Positions 17,103 to 27,493 of a stretch of 64,000 bases of DNA are shown here, one piece after another. Position 1 is the first letter of the stretch, and each line of letters opens with the position of its first letter. Source of the DNA: a virus. Its lineage: Duplodnaviria > Caudoviricetes. Where the stretch lies: the IMG/VR virus record IMGVR_UViG_3300025137_005045; one strand, written 5' to 3'. The position numbers were made by a program, and so were the translations under genes. Under the pieces are notes generated by a model, which saw nothing but the letters and a program-made list of their open reading frames with translations, ran no database searches and had not been told where the DNA came from.

Positions 17103-20000
17103 ATGGCACATTTACTCGGCACAGGCAAACCAATATGGGAAACTCCAGCAGGAGACCTAGGAACTATACAAGAAGGTAAGTTCTATCAAGTCACATTGTC
17201 TGCGTTTGAGGAAGAATCAAGTCCTCAAAGTTCAACAACACTCCATTACACTCTGATCGCAGGCGAGTTACCTGATGGTATACAAGTTACTAAAACAGGT
17301 TTTATAGAAGGCGTTCCTAGAGCAATATCAAGTGTGAAAGGTGTACCTACAGAAGTTGCCGAAAACGTAACTAGTAAATTTACAGTTAGAGCATTTACAA
17401 AAAACGAAGATGAAACTGTATTTCGTGTAGCAGACAGAACATTCAGTATTATAGTAACAGGCCAAGACATTCCAGAATGGAAAACAACTGCTGGTAGCTT
17501 AGGCACATTCATTGATGGAAATAAAATATCTTTACAATTAGAATATGAAGATCCTGATCCAGGGCAAACAGTAACTACAAATTTATTATCGGGATCATTA
17601 CCTCCTGGAATAACATTAAGTGATCAAGGTTTATTGTCTGGGGTATTAGAACCAGTTGTTAGACTGCCTGGAGATGCATTACCTGGTTATGATGTTACAC
17701 CATTTGACAAGTATCCATTAGATATTGCTACCCGAAGCTCAAGTCAAAATTATCAGTTTACTGTAGAAGTTTCCGACGGTATAGATTCAAACGTAAGAAC
17801 TTTTGAAATGTTTGTTCATAGTAGAGATGACCTTACAGCAGATAGTGGAATACTTACAGCAGATGGCGGAATACTTACAGCAGATACAGGTGTAAGAAGA
17901 ACTCCTTTTTTAACAACACCATCAACAGACTTAGGTATTGTTAGGCACGATAATTTCTTTGCATTTAAATTTGATGCAATAGATACCGACGGTGATGCTA
18001 TTCAATTTTCAATAACTGTTGGTGCCGGAGTAGGATTTGATGCTGACGGTTCACTGTTTGACGCTGAGGGAGTTGGGTTTGATCGAGGAACATTAAGTTT
18101 ACCACCAGGACTTTCCATTGATACTAATACTGGATTCTTTTACGGAAACATTCCCGATGTTGGGTTGACAGAAACAACATATACATTTGCAGTACAAGTA
18201 ATGAAAAAAGATGACAACACAATTAAAAGTCCATTGACCTACTTTACAATAACTATCATTGGTAATATCGACACTGATGTAACCTGGGTTACACCAACAA
18301 CAACTGTTGGTACAACCACTAATGTTATTTCTACAATTTCCAATGGTGATATATCTCAACTATATGTAGAAGCACAGATGTTAAGTGGTACACCAGTTGA
18401 ATATAGATTAAAAGCAGGAACAAACAGTTCATTGCCACAAGGATTAACTTTATTACCTAGTGGAAATATAGTCGGAATGGCAAGTTTCCAAGGATTTACT
18501 CTTGACAAGGGAACAACTACTTTTGACGAAGAACTAGGAACTAGATTAAAAGTTGATCCAACCACACTTGATAGAACCTACACATTCACTGTTGAAGCAT
18601 TCAATGCTGAAAAAAAGATTGCAACTAGTAAAACATTTAATATCATAATTAATCAGAAATATAAAAAACCATACGAAACTCTTTATATAAAAGCATTCAC
18701 TGAAAAAGAAGATAGAGATACACTAAACGAGCTATTAGATAATCAGGATATATTCAATAGCGATCACATATATAGATTAGATGATCCAAACTTTGGTAAA
18801 GCAACATCAATAGAATATCAACATGCGTTTGGACTACACTCATCGAGTCTTAATGATTATGCCACAGCCGTGCAATTAAATCATCATAGAAAAGATCTTG
18901 TGCTAGGTGAAATTAAAACAGCACAGGCACTTGATGTCAATGACAATATTTTATATGAGGTTGTATACAGCGAGATCAATGGTGGATTATTAAACAATGA
19001 TGGCCAGTCAGTAAGTTTAGCTGTTACATTAGATACAACAGCAAATATAAACGGAGTGGATTATAACACAGTGTATCCAGCTAGTTTATTAAATATGCAA
19101 ACCAGATTAATTAACCAGACTGGACAGTTTGGAGAAATATTACCAGACTGGATGAAATCAAAACAAACAGATGGAAAAGTACTTGGATTTACACCGGCTT
19201 GGGTTATAGCATATACTAAACCTGGTAGATCAAAACAAATTGCATACAATATTAAAGAAAACTTTACTGGTAAACTAAACAGCATTGATTTTACCATTGA
19301 CAGATATATTATCGATCGACGTGCAAGTCAACATTGGGACTTTACTAATCAAGAATTTTTAACTGGAACACAAACAACCTTTGATGACACTGGCATACTT
19401 TCAAGTTTAACATTTAAGAAACAGGTTAATTTAGCTACAGAACAAGCATTTAGTGACATTGACGGACAAACACTTGCTCATTTAGCAAGTCTAGGTGGCA
19501 TAGACGGTAAAACGACATTGGCTGAACTAAACGGAAAAACTTTAGTATTTGCCAAGCAAGAAGGATTCCCTGCAGGAACTGATGAAGCATTTACAACCAG
19601 TTCAAGTACAATTGTACCTGGACAAGATGATGCACTTGAAGATTCAACAGAAAATAATGATAGAATGAGTATTTGGACTATCAGTGTTAATTCAGAAACA
19701 AACATTATAACTTTAACAAAAACTACAGATACAACAACAAACGACTATATCAAGATCACAGAAGGTCTCTCTTACGGTAACAGCTTTTTATTCTTCCCAA
19801 CAAGTTCAGCACCAGGATTGAGATTTGTAAGCTGGCAACACACTAACTTTGAAGATACTGTTGAAACATTATTTGATGGTGGATCAACTCGCTTCATAAG
19901 TAAAGCTGATGTCTACGTAAGTGATGACAAGTTTGATAAATATGTATTATACCCAAAGCATAACATTATTGGAAACGAGGATTATATAACAAATGGCTAG
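17103..20000 (+). CDS. Baseplate wedge/tail-associated structural protein with putative Ig-like (He_PIG) repeats
   Basis: Repeated G.LP.G..L...G.I.G units, T-rich, TFD motifs, late promoter. Confidence 0.65.
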   Translation: MAHLLGTGKPIWETPAGDLGTIQEGKFYQVTLSAFEEESSPQSSTTLHYTLIAGELPDGIQVTKTGFIEGVPRAISSVKGVPTEVAENVTSKFTVRAFTKNEDETVFRVADRTFSIIVTGQDIPEWKTTAGSLGTFIDGNKISLQLEYEDPDPGQTVTTNLLSGSLPPGITLSDQGLLSGVLEPVVRLPGDALPGYDVTPFDKYPLDIATRSSSQNYQFTVEVSDGIDSNVRTFEMFVHSRDDLTADSGILTADGGILTADTGVRRTPFLTTPSTDLGIVRHDNFFAFKFDAIDTDGDAIQFSITVGAGVGFDADGSLFDAEGVGFDRGTLSLPPGLSIDTNTGFFYGNIPDVGLTETTYTFAVQVMKKDDNTIKSPLTYFTITIIGNIDTDVTWVTPTTTVGTTTNVISTISNGDISQLYVEAQMLSGTPVEYRLKAGTNSSLPQGLTLLPSGNIVGMASFQGFTLDKGTTTFDEELGTRLKVDPTTLDRTYTFTVEAFNAEKKIATSKTFNIIINQKYKKPYETLYIKAFTEKEDRDTLNELLDNQDIFNSDHIYRLDDPNFGKATSIEYQHAFGLHSSSLNDYATAVQLNHHRKDLVLGEIKTAQALDVNDNILYEVVYSEINGGLLNNDGQSVSLAVTLDTTANINGVDYNTVYPASLLNMQTRLINQTGQFGEILPDWMKSKQTDGKVLGFTPAWVIAYTKPGRSKQIAYNIKENFTGKLNSIDFTIDRYIIDRRASQHWDFTNQEFLTGTQTTFDDTGILSSLTFKKQVNLATEQAFSDIDGQTLAHLASLGGIDGKTTLAELNGKTLVFAKQEGFPAGTDEAFTTSSSTIVPGQDDALEDSTENNDRMSIWTISVNSETNIITLTKTTDTTTNDYIKITEGLSYGNSFLFFPTSSAPGLRFVSWQHTNFEDTVETLFDGGSTRFISKADVYVSDDKFDKYVLYPKHNIIGNEDYITNG
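17832..17885 (+). repeat. 21-bp in-frame tandem repeat (LTAD-x-GI)
   Basis: CTTACAGCAGAT core at 17832, 17853, 17874. Confidence 0.85.
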
Positions 20001-20886
20001 TAACATAAACCCAAACAACATTGACAGTGCATACCCTGTAGCTGGTCAAGACAACGATTCACAAGGCTTTCGTGATAACTTTACGAATATAAAAAATAAT
20101 TTTACAGAAGCTGAAACTGAAATTGACGATTTACAGGCTAAGGTAATAGTTAAGTCAGCACTTACAGGAACAACTGTAGACAATGACTTTAGTGATACTG
20201 TAGTAAAAGCGGCTAAGGTACAGGACCTTAGTGAAACTGCTGTCATACTTGGTACCACTGGCGGAACGCTAACACTTAATCACAACACTGGACACTATTA
20301 TACTGTAACTACAAATGCATCAGCAACACTAGCATTTACAAACTTTCCACCAAGTGGTGCAAAAGGTAGGGTACAACTAGCAATCACAGTTTCTAACGTG
20401 GCACATACACTAACACTACCATCGGCAGTATCAAGGGGTGTTGTAGGTATTCAGGGTATAGCTTCAAATGTAATTACATTTGGTGCAACCGGTACATACA
20501 TATTTGAATTTACAACTAGCGATAGTGGAACTCTTATCCACATTGAAGAATTATCCAGACCAAGAAATTCATTTGATAATCCAATTTTTCTAGGATCATC
20601 AGAGGATGTTGCAAATGCAGGTGCTATCAGTTTAACTACAGCGGCATCACACTTTTCCACAGGTGGAGCAGAAACAGCTACATTGGCCGCAGGTGCTGAT
20701 GGACAAGTTAAAACATTAATGATGGCCGCCGACGGTGGTAACATGGTTGTAACTGTAACTAATGCAGGTTGGAAGACAACAGGCACTGGTACAATTACTT
20801 TTGGAGACATTGGAGATGCTTGTACACTACAGTATATTAATTCAAAATGGTATGCAGTTGGAGTTAATGGCGTAGCATTTGGATAA
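19993..20886 (+). CDS. Tail fibre/baseplate-associated structural protein
   Basis: MASNINPNNID..YPVAGQDNDSQGFRDNF then coiled coil and T/G/A-rich beta domains. Confidence 0.6.
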   Translation: MASNINPNNIDSAYPVAGQDNDSQGFRDNFTNIKNNFTEAETEIDDLQAKVIVKSALTGTTVDNDFSDTVVKAAKVQDLSETAVILGTTGGTLTLNHNTGHYYTVTTNASATLAFTNFPPSGAKGRVQLAITVSNVAHTLTLPSAVSRGVVGIQGIASNVITFGATGTYIFEFTTSDSGTLIHIEELSRPRNSFDNPIFLGSSEDVANAGAISLTTAASHFSTGGAETATLAAGADGQVKTLMMAADGGNMVVTVTNAGWKTTGTGTITFGDIGDACTLQYINSKWYAVGVNGVAFG

Positions 20887-20898
20887 TACCAAAATAGT

Positions 20899-20927
20899 TT
20901 GACACCGGCTCCTAGTTACTATATAAT
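20899..20927 (+). promoter_or_regulatory. sigma70-type promoter
   Basis: TTGACA-17nt-TATAAT. Confidence 0.85.
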
Positions 20928-20950
20928 AACATATAGACTAGGAGTTTTTA

Positions 20951-21364
20951 ATGACTGAACAGATTGATTTAAACAAGTATCAAGATTTCGTTCAAGAAGT
21001 AACCAGTGACGAAAGTAACAGTAATAAATCACTATGCGATAGAGTAACACAATTAACTGATGAAACAGATGTTAATGTATCATTACTAATGACAGCCGCT
21101 ATTGGTTTATCTGCTGAATGTGGTGAGTTTGCTGAACTACCAAAAAAAGTAATATTTCAAGGTAAAGAACTCAATGAAGATACTGTATTCCATATGAAGC
21201 GTGAACTAGGTGATATACTTTGGTATTGGGCAAATGCTTGTAGAGCATTGAACTTGAATCCAAATGATGTTATACTAGAAAATATTAACAAACTAAAAAG
21301 CCGTTACCCTGGTGGTGAGTTCGACGCTTTTTATAGTGAAAATAGGAAAGACGGAGATTTATAA
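20951..21364 (+). CDS. MazG-like NTP pyrophosphohydrolase
   Basis: GLSAECGEFAE..KK...ELGDILWY. Confidence 0.85.
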   Translation: MTEQIDLNKYQDFVQEVTSDESNSNKSLCDRVTQLTDETDVNVSLLMTAAIGLSAECGEFAELPKKVIFQGKELNEDTVFHMKRELGDILWYWANACRALNLNPNDVILENINKLKSRYPGGEFDAFYSENRKDGDL

Positions 21365-21597
21365 TGGAACACCCATTGATTGGTGATTTAAAAGATCTTA
21401 ATCTAGAGCAACTTCAAGGTAAGCTCAGCGAAATAAACAAAAAATTAAGTTTTAGTTATAAAACTAACAACCAGGCACTAATAAATCAATTACAGTTGGT
21501 GCAATCCAGTTATCAAACAGAGTATAATCGTAAAATGAAAGAACTAATGCCTAAAGATGATGATGACGAACACAATGATAAAATTGATATATCGTGA
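21364..21597 (+). CDS. Hypothetical coiled-coil protein
   Basis: TAATG coupling. Confidence 0.7.
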   Translation: MEHPLIGDLKDLNLEQLQGKLSEINKKLSFSYKTNNQALINQLQLVQSSYQTEYNRKMKELMPKDDDDEHNDKIDIS

Positions 21598-22199
21598 ATA
21601 TACGTTTAGCTAAAGATTATAATTTACTAGCATCAGTGTATTGGGACGAAGAAATAATGAGTAATTATTATTCAATAAGTTTAGGTATGCTTACTAATAG
21701 TGAAAGCAGTAGTGAACAAAATATAGCTTTTGGTCGTGTTGCTAGTTATATTGGAGATATTTTACAATCAGGTGTGTTTATTAGTCAGTCTGAAAAAGAA
21801 CAAATACATCAACTACAAAATGCTAAAATGAAAACGATAATATTACCCGAACGACCATTTGACCAAAGTGTAGCAATTATGTTATTCTGTAAGTTAAATG
21901 CAATTTGTGAAGATAAATTGTTAATTACTGATATCACTGTTACCAGTTCACTTAGTGATAACGTTAGATATATGATTGATGCTGAAGATCAATTTGGTCC
22001 ATTTGGTGAAGATGGATGGTGGCACGAATCTAATCCAGATTGGTTTGATCACACCATTGGCGAAGATAACACCAAAGTTATTAAAATGGATGAAAGATTA
22101 ACCTGGGAAAATGTTAATCTAAATTGGGAAGAAAAAGAAGAAAAAGAAGAAAGTATTAACAATGTTGTTAAAGGAAATTTTAATAAACAAGATGATTGA
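21594..22199 (+). CDS. Hypothetical protein
   Basis: GTGA overlap; 201 aa. Confidence 0.7.
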   Translation: MNIRLAKDYNLLASVYWDEEIMSNYYSISLGMLTNSESSSEQNIAFGRVASYIGDILQSGVFISQSEKEQIHQLQNAKMKTIILPERPFDQSVAIMLFCKLNAICEDKLLITDITVTSSLSDNVRYMIDAEDQFGPFGEDGWWHESNPDWFDHTIGEDNTKVIKMDERLTWENVNLNWEEKEEKEESINNVVKGNFNKQDD

Positions 22200-22698
22200 A
22201 GACCGTTACGGAAGAATAGCATTAGAACAAGATGATATCATTGATGTTATGATGACAGATCCTGACGTAAAAATAAAAAAAGCATTGGTTAAAGATTGTG
22301 ACCTAACTCAAGTACAGGATCTAATAGATGAAGTATATGATTTTCAACAGTATACTAATTTAGATATACCAGTAGCTGAATTTGATGCACAAAATCAAGT
22401 TGCTTGGCATATGCCTAACGAATACAAAGACTTAGATATTGCAAAATGGTTAATTGATCAATGTGAAACACAACCTGAACTACAAAGAGTTGGTGAAGAG
22501 CTACTGCTGTTCCAAGAACGTGATTTATTTGATCTGTTGAAATATCTTAAATATTTGGTAGACACTATGAGAAAAAACAAGGTCATATGGGGAGTAGGTA
22601 GGGGTAGTTCAGTAGCAAGTTATGTATTATATCTAATTGGTATTCATAAAGTGGATTCGATGTATTATGATTTACCCATTGACGAGTTCCTTAGATAA
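22192..22698 (+). CDS. Stand-alone DNA polymerase III alpha (DnaE)-like fragment
   Basis: R...ELLL...YLVD...GVGRGSSVASYVLYLIGI...D...YDL...EFL. Confidence 0.7.
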   Translation: MIEDRYGRIALEQDDIIDVMMTDPDVKIKKALVKDCDLTQVQDLIDEVYDFQQYTNLDIPVAEFDAQNQVAWHMPNEYKDLDIAKWLIDQCETQPELQRVGEELLLFQERDLFDLLKYLKYLVDTMRKNKVIWGVGRGSSVASYVLYLIGIHKVDSMYYDLPIDEFLR

Positions 22699-22728
22699 GT
22701 ATGTATATAATGATTATGGAGAAATATT

Positions 22729-23277
22729 ATGGCAAACAAGCGTAGGACAGCAAGCGGTGGCATGGTTGATCTTGGTGCTTTAATACTGTCGCAAGATAAT
22801 ACAAGGTCAGTTGGTAATATGGGAGTTAATGCTCGTGGGGATAGAATTAACAGTCGTAACGAAGTAGTTGAAACGAGGAATGAAATAGTGCAAACACAAT
22901 ATGATAGAGCTCACTCTAATGTAGTTCAAGATGCTCCAATACCTACCAGTGCTAAACATGCAGAAGAACTAGCACGACAAGAAGAAAAAAATACTAAAAG
23001 GGCAAAAGCAGTTACTCCTAAAGTTAAAAAGACAAAAGCAAAAGCAAAAGCACCAGAGGTTAAAGAAGAAATACTTCCAGTTGCAAAGGAAACTGTAATT
23101 GAAAAACCTATAATTGAAAAACCAGTAACACAAGAATCAGTTGTGTCTGTTAATAAAAATACAGTACCACAAGGTGGATTGGCGGCGGCAATTGCTAAAG
23201 CAAAACAGATTAAAGAAGAAGAAAGAAAAACACCTAGACAACAGGAACAAGAGAAAAAAGGAGTTACAAAACTATAA
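22729..23277 (+). CDS. Hypothetical late protein, K/E-rich
   Basis: TAAGTA element and GGAG SD upstream. Confidence 0.7.
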   Translation: MANKRRTASGGMVDLGALILSQDNTRSVGNMGVNARGDRINSRNEVVETRNEIVQTQYDRAHSNVVQDAPIPTSAKHAEELARQEEKNTKRAKAVTPKVKKTKAKAKAPEVKEEILPVAKETVIEKPIIEKPVTQESVVSVNKNTVPQGGLAAAIAKAKQIKEEERKTPRQQEQEKKGVTKL

Positions 23278-23645
23278 TGGCTTACGGTGCGGCTTGGGAA
23301 ATTAAATCTATTAGACCATTACACGATCAAGTGATTGTACGTGATATGGATTTTAAAGAAAGAGTAACTAGTTCAGGAATCATTGTACTTGGTGATGATG
23401 GAAAAAGTGAAGGCATTAGACCAAGATGGGGTCAAGTGTATGCAGTTGGTCCAGAACAAAAAGACTATCAAGTTGGCCAATGGATTATGATTGCACACGG
23501 TCGTTGGACACGAGGAGCAGAGGTTGAAATCAATGGAGAAGAATTTACTATACGTAAAGTAGACCTCAATGACATATTACTAGTCAGTGATGAAAAACCA
23601 GAAGATGACACAATGTCAACAGTTGAAATGCCAGAACGTAATTAA
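23277..23645 (+). CDS. groES: Co-chaperonin GroES
   Basis: IRPLHDQVIV...TSSGII...G.V.AVG. Confidence 0.85.
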   Translation: MAYGAAWEIKSIRPLHDQVIVRDMDFKERVTSSGIIVLGDDGKSEGIRPRWGQVYAVGPEQKDYQVGQWIMIAHGRWTRGAEVEINGEEFTIRKVDLNDILLVSDEKPEDDTMSTVEMPERN

Positions 23646-23661
23646 ATATAACCTAAATTGA

Positions 23662-23690
23662 TTGCAATTTTTAAATATCTTTGCTATAAT
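23662..23690 (+). promoter_or_regulatory. sigma70-type promoter
   Basis: TTGCAA-17nt-TATAAT with TG extension. Confidence 0.65.
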
Positions 23691-23719
23691 ATAAAAAACT
23701 TTATCAATAAGGGATCTAA

Positions 23720-24637
23720 ATGAAACAACTGTGGACTGAGAAGTATCGACCTGATAACGTAGACGGATATGTATTCCGTGATGGTGCACAAAAAGAACAA
23801 GTAGCACAATGGATTAAAGAAAAAACTATTCCGCACTTACTGTTTAGTGGTGCACCTGGTGTAGGTAAGACTACACTGGCAAAAATCTTAATCAAACAAC
23901 TAGGTATAGATGATTATGATGTATTAGAGATTAATGCATCAAGAGAAAACTCTGTAGATACTATCCGTGATAAGATATCTGGTTTTGTAGAAACTATGCC
24001 TTTTGGTGACTTTAAAATTGTACTGTTGGATGAGGCTGATTACATAAGTCCAAATGGTCAAGCGGCACTTCGTGGGGTTATGGAAACATATGCACAGACA
24101 GCAAGATTTATGTTAACTTGTAACTATCCAAACAGGGTTATACCAGCACTACATTCTAGATGCCAGGGCTTTCATATTGAGAAGATTGATCAAAATGAGT
24201 TTACAGCACGTATGGCTAAAGTAATGCTAGATGAAGAAGTTAAGTTTGAATTAGACATATTAGATACCTATGTAAAAGCAACGTATCCAGACTTGCGTAA
24301 ATGCTTAAACATCTGTCAGATGAATTCAAATGACGGTACATTAAGCAAACCACACGGTGATGAAGGTGGCAGTCAAGAGTATAAACTGGAAGTGGTTACC
24401 TTGTTTAAAGCAGGAAAGATCAAAGAAGCAAGGCAAATGCTATGCAAGAATGCACGTCCTGAGGAGATGGAAGAAATGTTTCGTTGGATGTATGACAATA
24501 TTGATTTATGGGGCACGACAGAAGAACAACGAGATGCCGCAATCATTGTGATTAGAAATGGATTAGTTAATCATGCTATGGTAGCAGATCCTGAAATCAA
24601 CTTATCAGCAACACTGTGCGAGCTTACACAATTATGA
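23720..24637 (+). CDS. Clamp loader AAA+ subunit (RFC / T4 gp44-like)
   Basis: WTEKYRP; GAPGVGKTT; INAS; LLDEAD; SRC. Confidence 0.92.
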   Translation: MKQLWTEKYRPDNVDGYVFRDGAQKEQVAQWIKEKTIPHLLFSGAPGVGKTTLAKILIKQLGIDDYDVLEINASRENSVDTIRDKISGFVETMPFGDFKIVLLDEADYISPNGQAALRGVMETYAQTARFMLTCNYPNRVIPALHSRCQGFHIEKIDQNEFTARMAKVMLDEEVKFELDILDTYVKATYPDLRKCLNICQMNSNDGTLSKPHGDEGGSQEYKLEVVTLFKAGKIKEARQMLCKNARPEEMEEMFRWMYDNIDLWGTTEEQRDAAIIVIRNGLVNHAMVADPEINLSATLCELTQL

Positions 24638-24667
24638 TAACAAAAATAGATTCAATAAATAGTCATA

Positions 24668-25576
24668 ATGAGGAAAATAGATTTAAAAATAGTAGAAATA
24701 CTAGTTGGCTGGAAATGCAACTTGGCATGTCGAGACTGTTCCTCGGGTGTTGACATACTCAGAAATAAAATAGATCAAGAACCTGAATTAGATAATCTAA
24801 TTAAATCCATTGATGATTTATCCAAATATGTTAATAATGTTACTGACTTGTTTACTGTTACAGGTGGAGAGCCTATGCTTTATTGGGACATAGTCAAACC
24901 GGTTGTTAGACACATAAGAAAAAAGTTTCCTCTTGCTAAAATTATGATTAATTCTAATGGAAGACTATTACACAAACGTAAAGATGAATTAATAGATTTT
25001 TTAAAAGAAATACAAAATATCGCTATAGGATTATCCAATCATGCAAGCGAGTTTCCAAATGATCCTGCAGGACAGGCATATTATAATGATTTAGATAAGT
25101 TTTTTAGTGACAGCAGACTATATAAAATCCACTCAATGCACTATGACATTCCGGATAATGAAGTTAATTTCCACTGGGGTACCCATTCAGATGGATTCAT
25201 AGCTCAATGGAAAAGAGTTGGAGATAAATTAAAGCCGTTTGCTACAAAAAATCCGGCCAAGTCATTTGAAAACGGGTGTGTTAGCCCCATCTGTGCTTCA
25301 CTGAGTGATGATTCAAAACTTTATAAATGTTTTAAATTACAAGTGTTACCAACTATACTAAAAAGAATAGATCAACTTGATGATCCAGATTGGCAACCTT
25401 ATCTTACATATCAACCCATTGATATTTCCAAAGACAATGTCTGGAATGATATATATAAATTTGCTGAAGAAGAAGGCAACCCGATTTCTGTTTGTGATAT
25501 GTGCCCTGATAACAAAGTTATTGGAATATCTAGGGTACCTCACACCAAAGAAAATATTTTTACAAAGAGGAAATAA
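24668..25576 (+). CDS. Radical SAM protein
   Basis: CNLACRDC; TGGEPM; C-terminal C...KC...CDMC. Confidence 0.85.
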   Translation: MRKIDLKIVEILVGWKCNLACRDCSSGVDILRNKIDQEPELDNLIKSIDDLSKYVNNVTDLFTVTGGEPMLYWDIVKPVVRHIRKKFPLAKIMINSNGRLLHKRKDELIDFLKEIQNIAIGLSNHASEFPNDPAGQAYYNDLDKFFSDSRLYKIHSMHYDIPDNEVNFHWGTHSDGFIAQWKRVGDKLKPFATKNPAKSFENGCVSPICASLSDDSKLYKCFKLQVLPTILKRIDQLDDPDWQPYLTYQPIDISKDNVWNDIYKFAEEEGNPISVCDMCPDNKVIGISRVPHTKENIFTKRK

Positions 25577-25833
25577 TGAGATACTTAGTAATTACCTATA
25601 TATTAAAACCTGATGGTCGTAGCGATGAAGCGGTGTCAGTTAAACAAAAATTAACTAATTATATTAATAATAATGCTAATATAATTATGGATTTTAAGGA
25701 AAAAAGAATATTAAAATCTCGTATGAATGAACCTATTCCTCGTGAGTGGAATGCTATCTATTATTACTTTGTAAATATCTATTCAGATATATTTAAAGCT
25801 CTTGAAGATGCAAATCCCCAAGAGCCCAAATAA
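25576..25833 (+). CDS. Hypothetical protein
   Basis: TAATG coupling. Confidence 0.65.
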   Translation: MRYLVITYILKPDGRSDEAVSVKQKLTNYINNNANIIMDFKEKRILKSRMNEPIPREWNAIYYYFVNIYSDIFKALEDANPQEPK

Positions 25834-26586
25834 CTAGTCCTTATATAAAGTTAATACTGAATCAATAATTGGATGTCGTTGGATGTCTTGGCCAGTAAAC
25901 TGATTAATAGCCATTCCGTTAACATTTTGCTGTGACAACCGATCGCAAAGATCTAATAGACCATTATTGCTACCGTGTTTGTCTGCTTGTTCTATGTCAC
26001 CTGTTACTACTATTTTACTGCCTTCTCCTATCCTGGTTAATAACATTTTAACTTGTGCTGGTGTTGCATTCTGCATCTCATCAGCCACAATCCATGCGTC
26101 CTTAAATGTTCGTCCTCTCATAAATGCTAAAGGTGATATCTCAATGATTTGTTCTTCCATCATGTGAGCTATTTCTTTTGCGTTATAGTACATCCTCAAA
26201 ACATCAAATAAAGGTCGAGTCCACGGTTCCATTTTTTGTTCCAGTGTTCCTGGTAAAAATCCGTGTTTCTCATCCTCAACTCCTACTGCTGGTCTTGTTA
26301 ATACTATACGTTCGCATTCATGATTTCTAAATGCTTTGATAGCGGCAATCATTGCTAGATATGTTTTACCAGTACCTGCTGGACCGTGCCCTATTACTAT
26401 ATGTGTGGATTTGTTTAACAAGTTTAAGATATACGTTTCTTGATTCCTACTTTTTGGAATCAATTCTATATGTCTTGATTTTATAGCCTGTTCAAAGTTT
26501 ATTGTGTTATGAAGTTCTTGATGGTTATTGTTACGTTTTGCTCTTCTTGGTTTTGACAAAAGCGTCTCCTTTGTGGAATAATACAT
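25834..26586 (-). CDS. phoH: PhoH-family ATPase
   Basis: GPAGTGKT; LTRPAV; RGRTF; DEMQN; GDIEQAD. Confidence 0.93.
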   Translation of the reverse strand: MYYSTKETLLSKPRRAKRNNNHQELHNTINFEQAIKSRHIELIPKSRNQETYILNLLNKSTHIVIGHGPAGTGKTYLAMIAAIKAFRNHECERIVLTRPAVGVEDEKHGFLPGTLEQKMEPWTRPLFDVLRMYYNAKEIAHMMEEQIIEISPLAFMRGRTFKDAWIVADEMQNATPAQVKMLLTRIGEGSKIVVTGDIEQADKHGSNNGLLDLCDRLSQQNVNGMAINQFTGQDIQRHPIIDSVLTLYKD

Positions 26587-26709
26587 GAAGTAGTCCTCTA
26601 TTAAACTACAAATGTATTTACGATGTAATCAGGATGGTTAAACTGCTCACTCAATCACGATCTTTGTCGACTAAATACTGGGCTATCCTGCAATTCTATA
26701 ATTAACAAC

Positions 26710-26910
26710 ATGACTACTTTTTTATTAGTTTTTATTTTTTTAGTTGGTTTCATCTTATTGATGTCGCTTGGAGTAATTTTTATGGGTAAAAACATCAAAG
26801 GAAGTTGTGGTGGATTAAATGCTATCTCTAATTCAGATAAATGTCTGGTTTGTAATAAAGATATTGATCCAAATAATCCATTAAAAAGTAAACTTGATTG
26901 TAAAAAGTAA
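26710..26910 (+). CDS. NqrM/DUF539-like small membrane protein
   Basis: TM helix then IKGSCGGL...C..C. Confidence 0.7.
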   Translation: MTTFLLVFIFLVGFILLMSLGVIFMGKNIKGSCGGLNAISNSDKCLVCNKDIDPNNPLKSKLDCKK

Positions 26911-26953
26911 TTTACAAAAACTTACCAACTAACACTTAGTGATAAATACTCGT

Positions 26954-27493
26954 ATGAAAAACATATTCAATGATGGATTAGACTATTGGCGTGTAGCAGA
27001 GACTGTTAGAGATCTCTATATGTCTGAAGGTACTATATCTGTTCTATTAGACTACGAGCGTGTATTTGACGAAATGGATTTATATGCGTTTAAGAATTGG
27101 TCAGCTGGTGAGTTAGTAGATGGACCAGATATTGGTCGTTATTCAGTAACATGCACTTGGTTATGGCCAGCAGAAATGATGCCAGACCCTCGCGGTGCTA
27201 AACGATTACTGCCATTTGGTGCTACAGTCAAGTTCAAAAAGACCAAAATGAAAGTACCAATTAAAATTAAAACACCCAATGACTATCGTGCAGGTACTAA
27301 AAAACCAAAAATAATTGAAAAAGAAGTATGGTTAGTCCAAATTCAGTTACCTAAATATCTAATTAACGAAATACGAAGTGGTTCTAAAGAACTTGAAGAT
27401 CAAGATATCGACATGAGTGATTTAGACAGTGCATACGAACAAGATCTAGATCTAGAACAATATCAGGACACCCAAGATGAAGAAACAGCTTAA
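26954..27493 (+). CDS. Hypothetical late protein (start corrected from 26939)
   Basis: TAAATA-5nt-ATG. Confidence 0.7.
   Translation: MKNIFNDGLDYWRVAETVRDLYMSEGTISVLLDYERVFDEMDLYAFKNWSAGELVDGPDIGRYSVTCTWLWPAEMMPDPRGAKRLLPFGATVKFKKTKMKVPIKIKTPNDYRAGTKKPKIIEKEVWLVQIQLPKYLINEIRSGSKELEDQDIDMSDLDSAYEQDLDLEQYQDTQDEETA

Noticed and set aside
17832-17885. 21-bp tandem repeat as a possible CRISPR or other noncoding array
   Set aside because: It is in-frame inside a structural gene, has no unique spacers, and no cas genes are present
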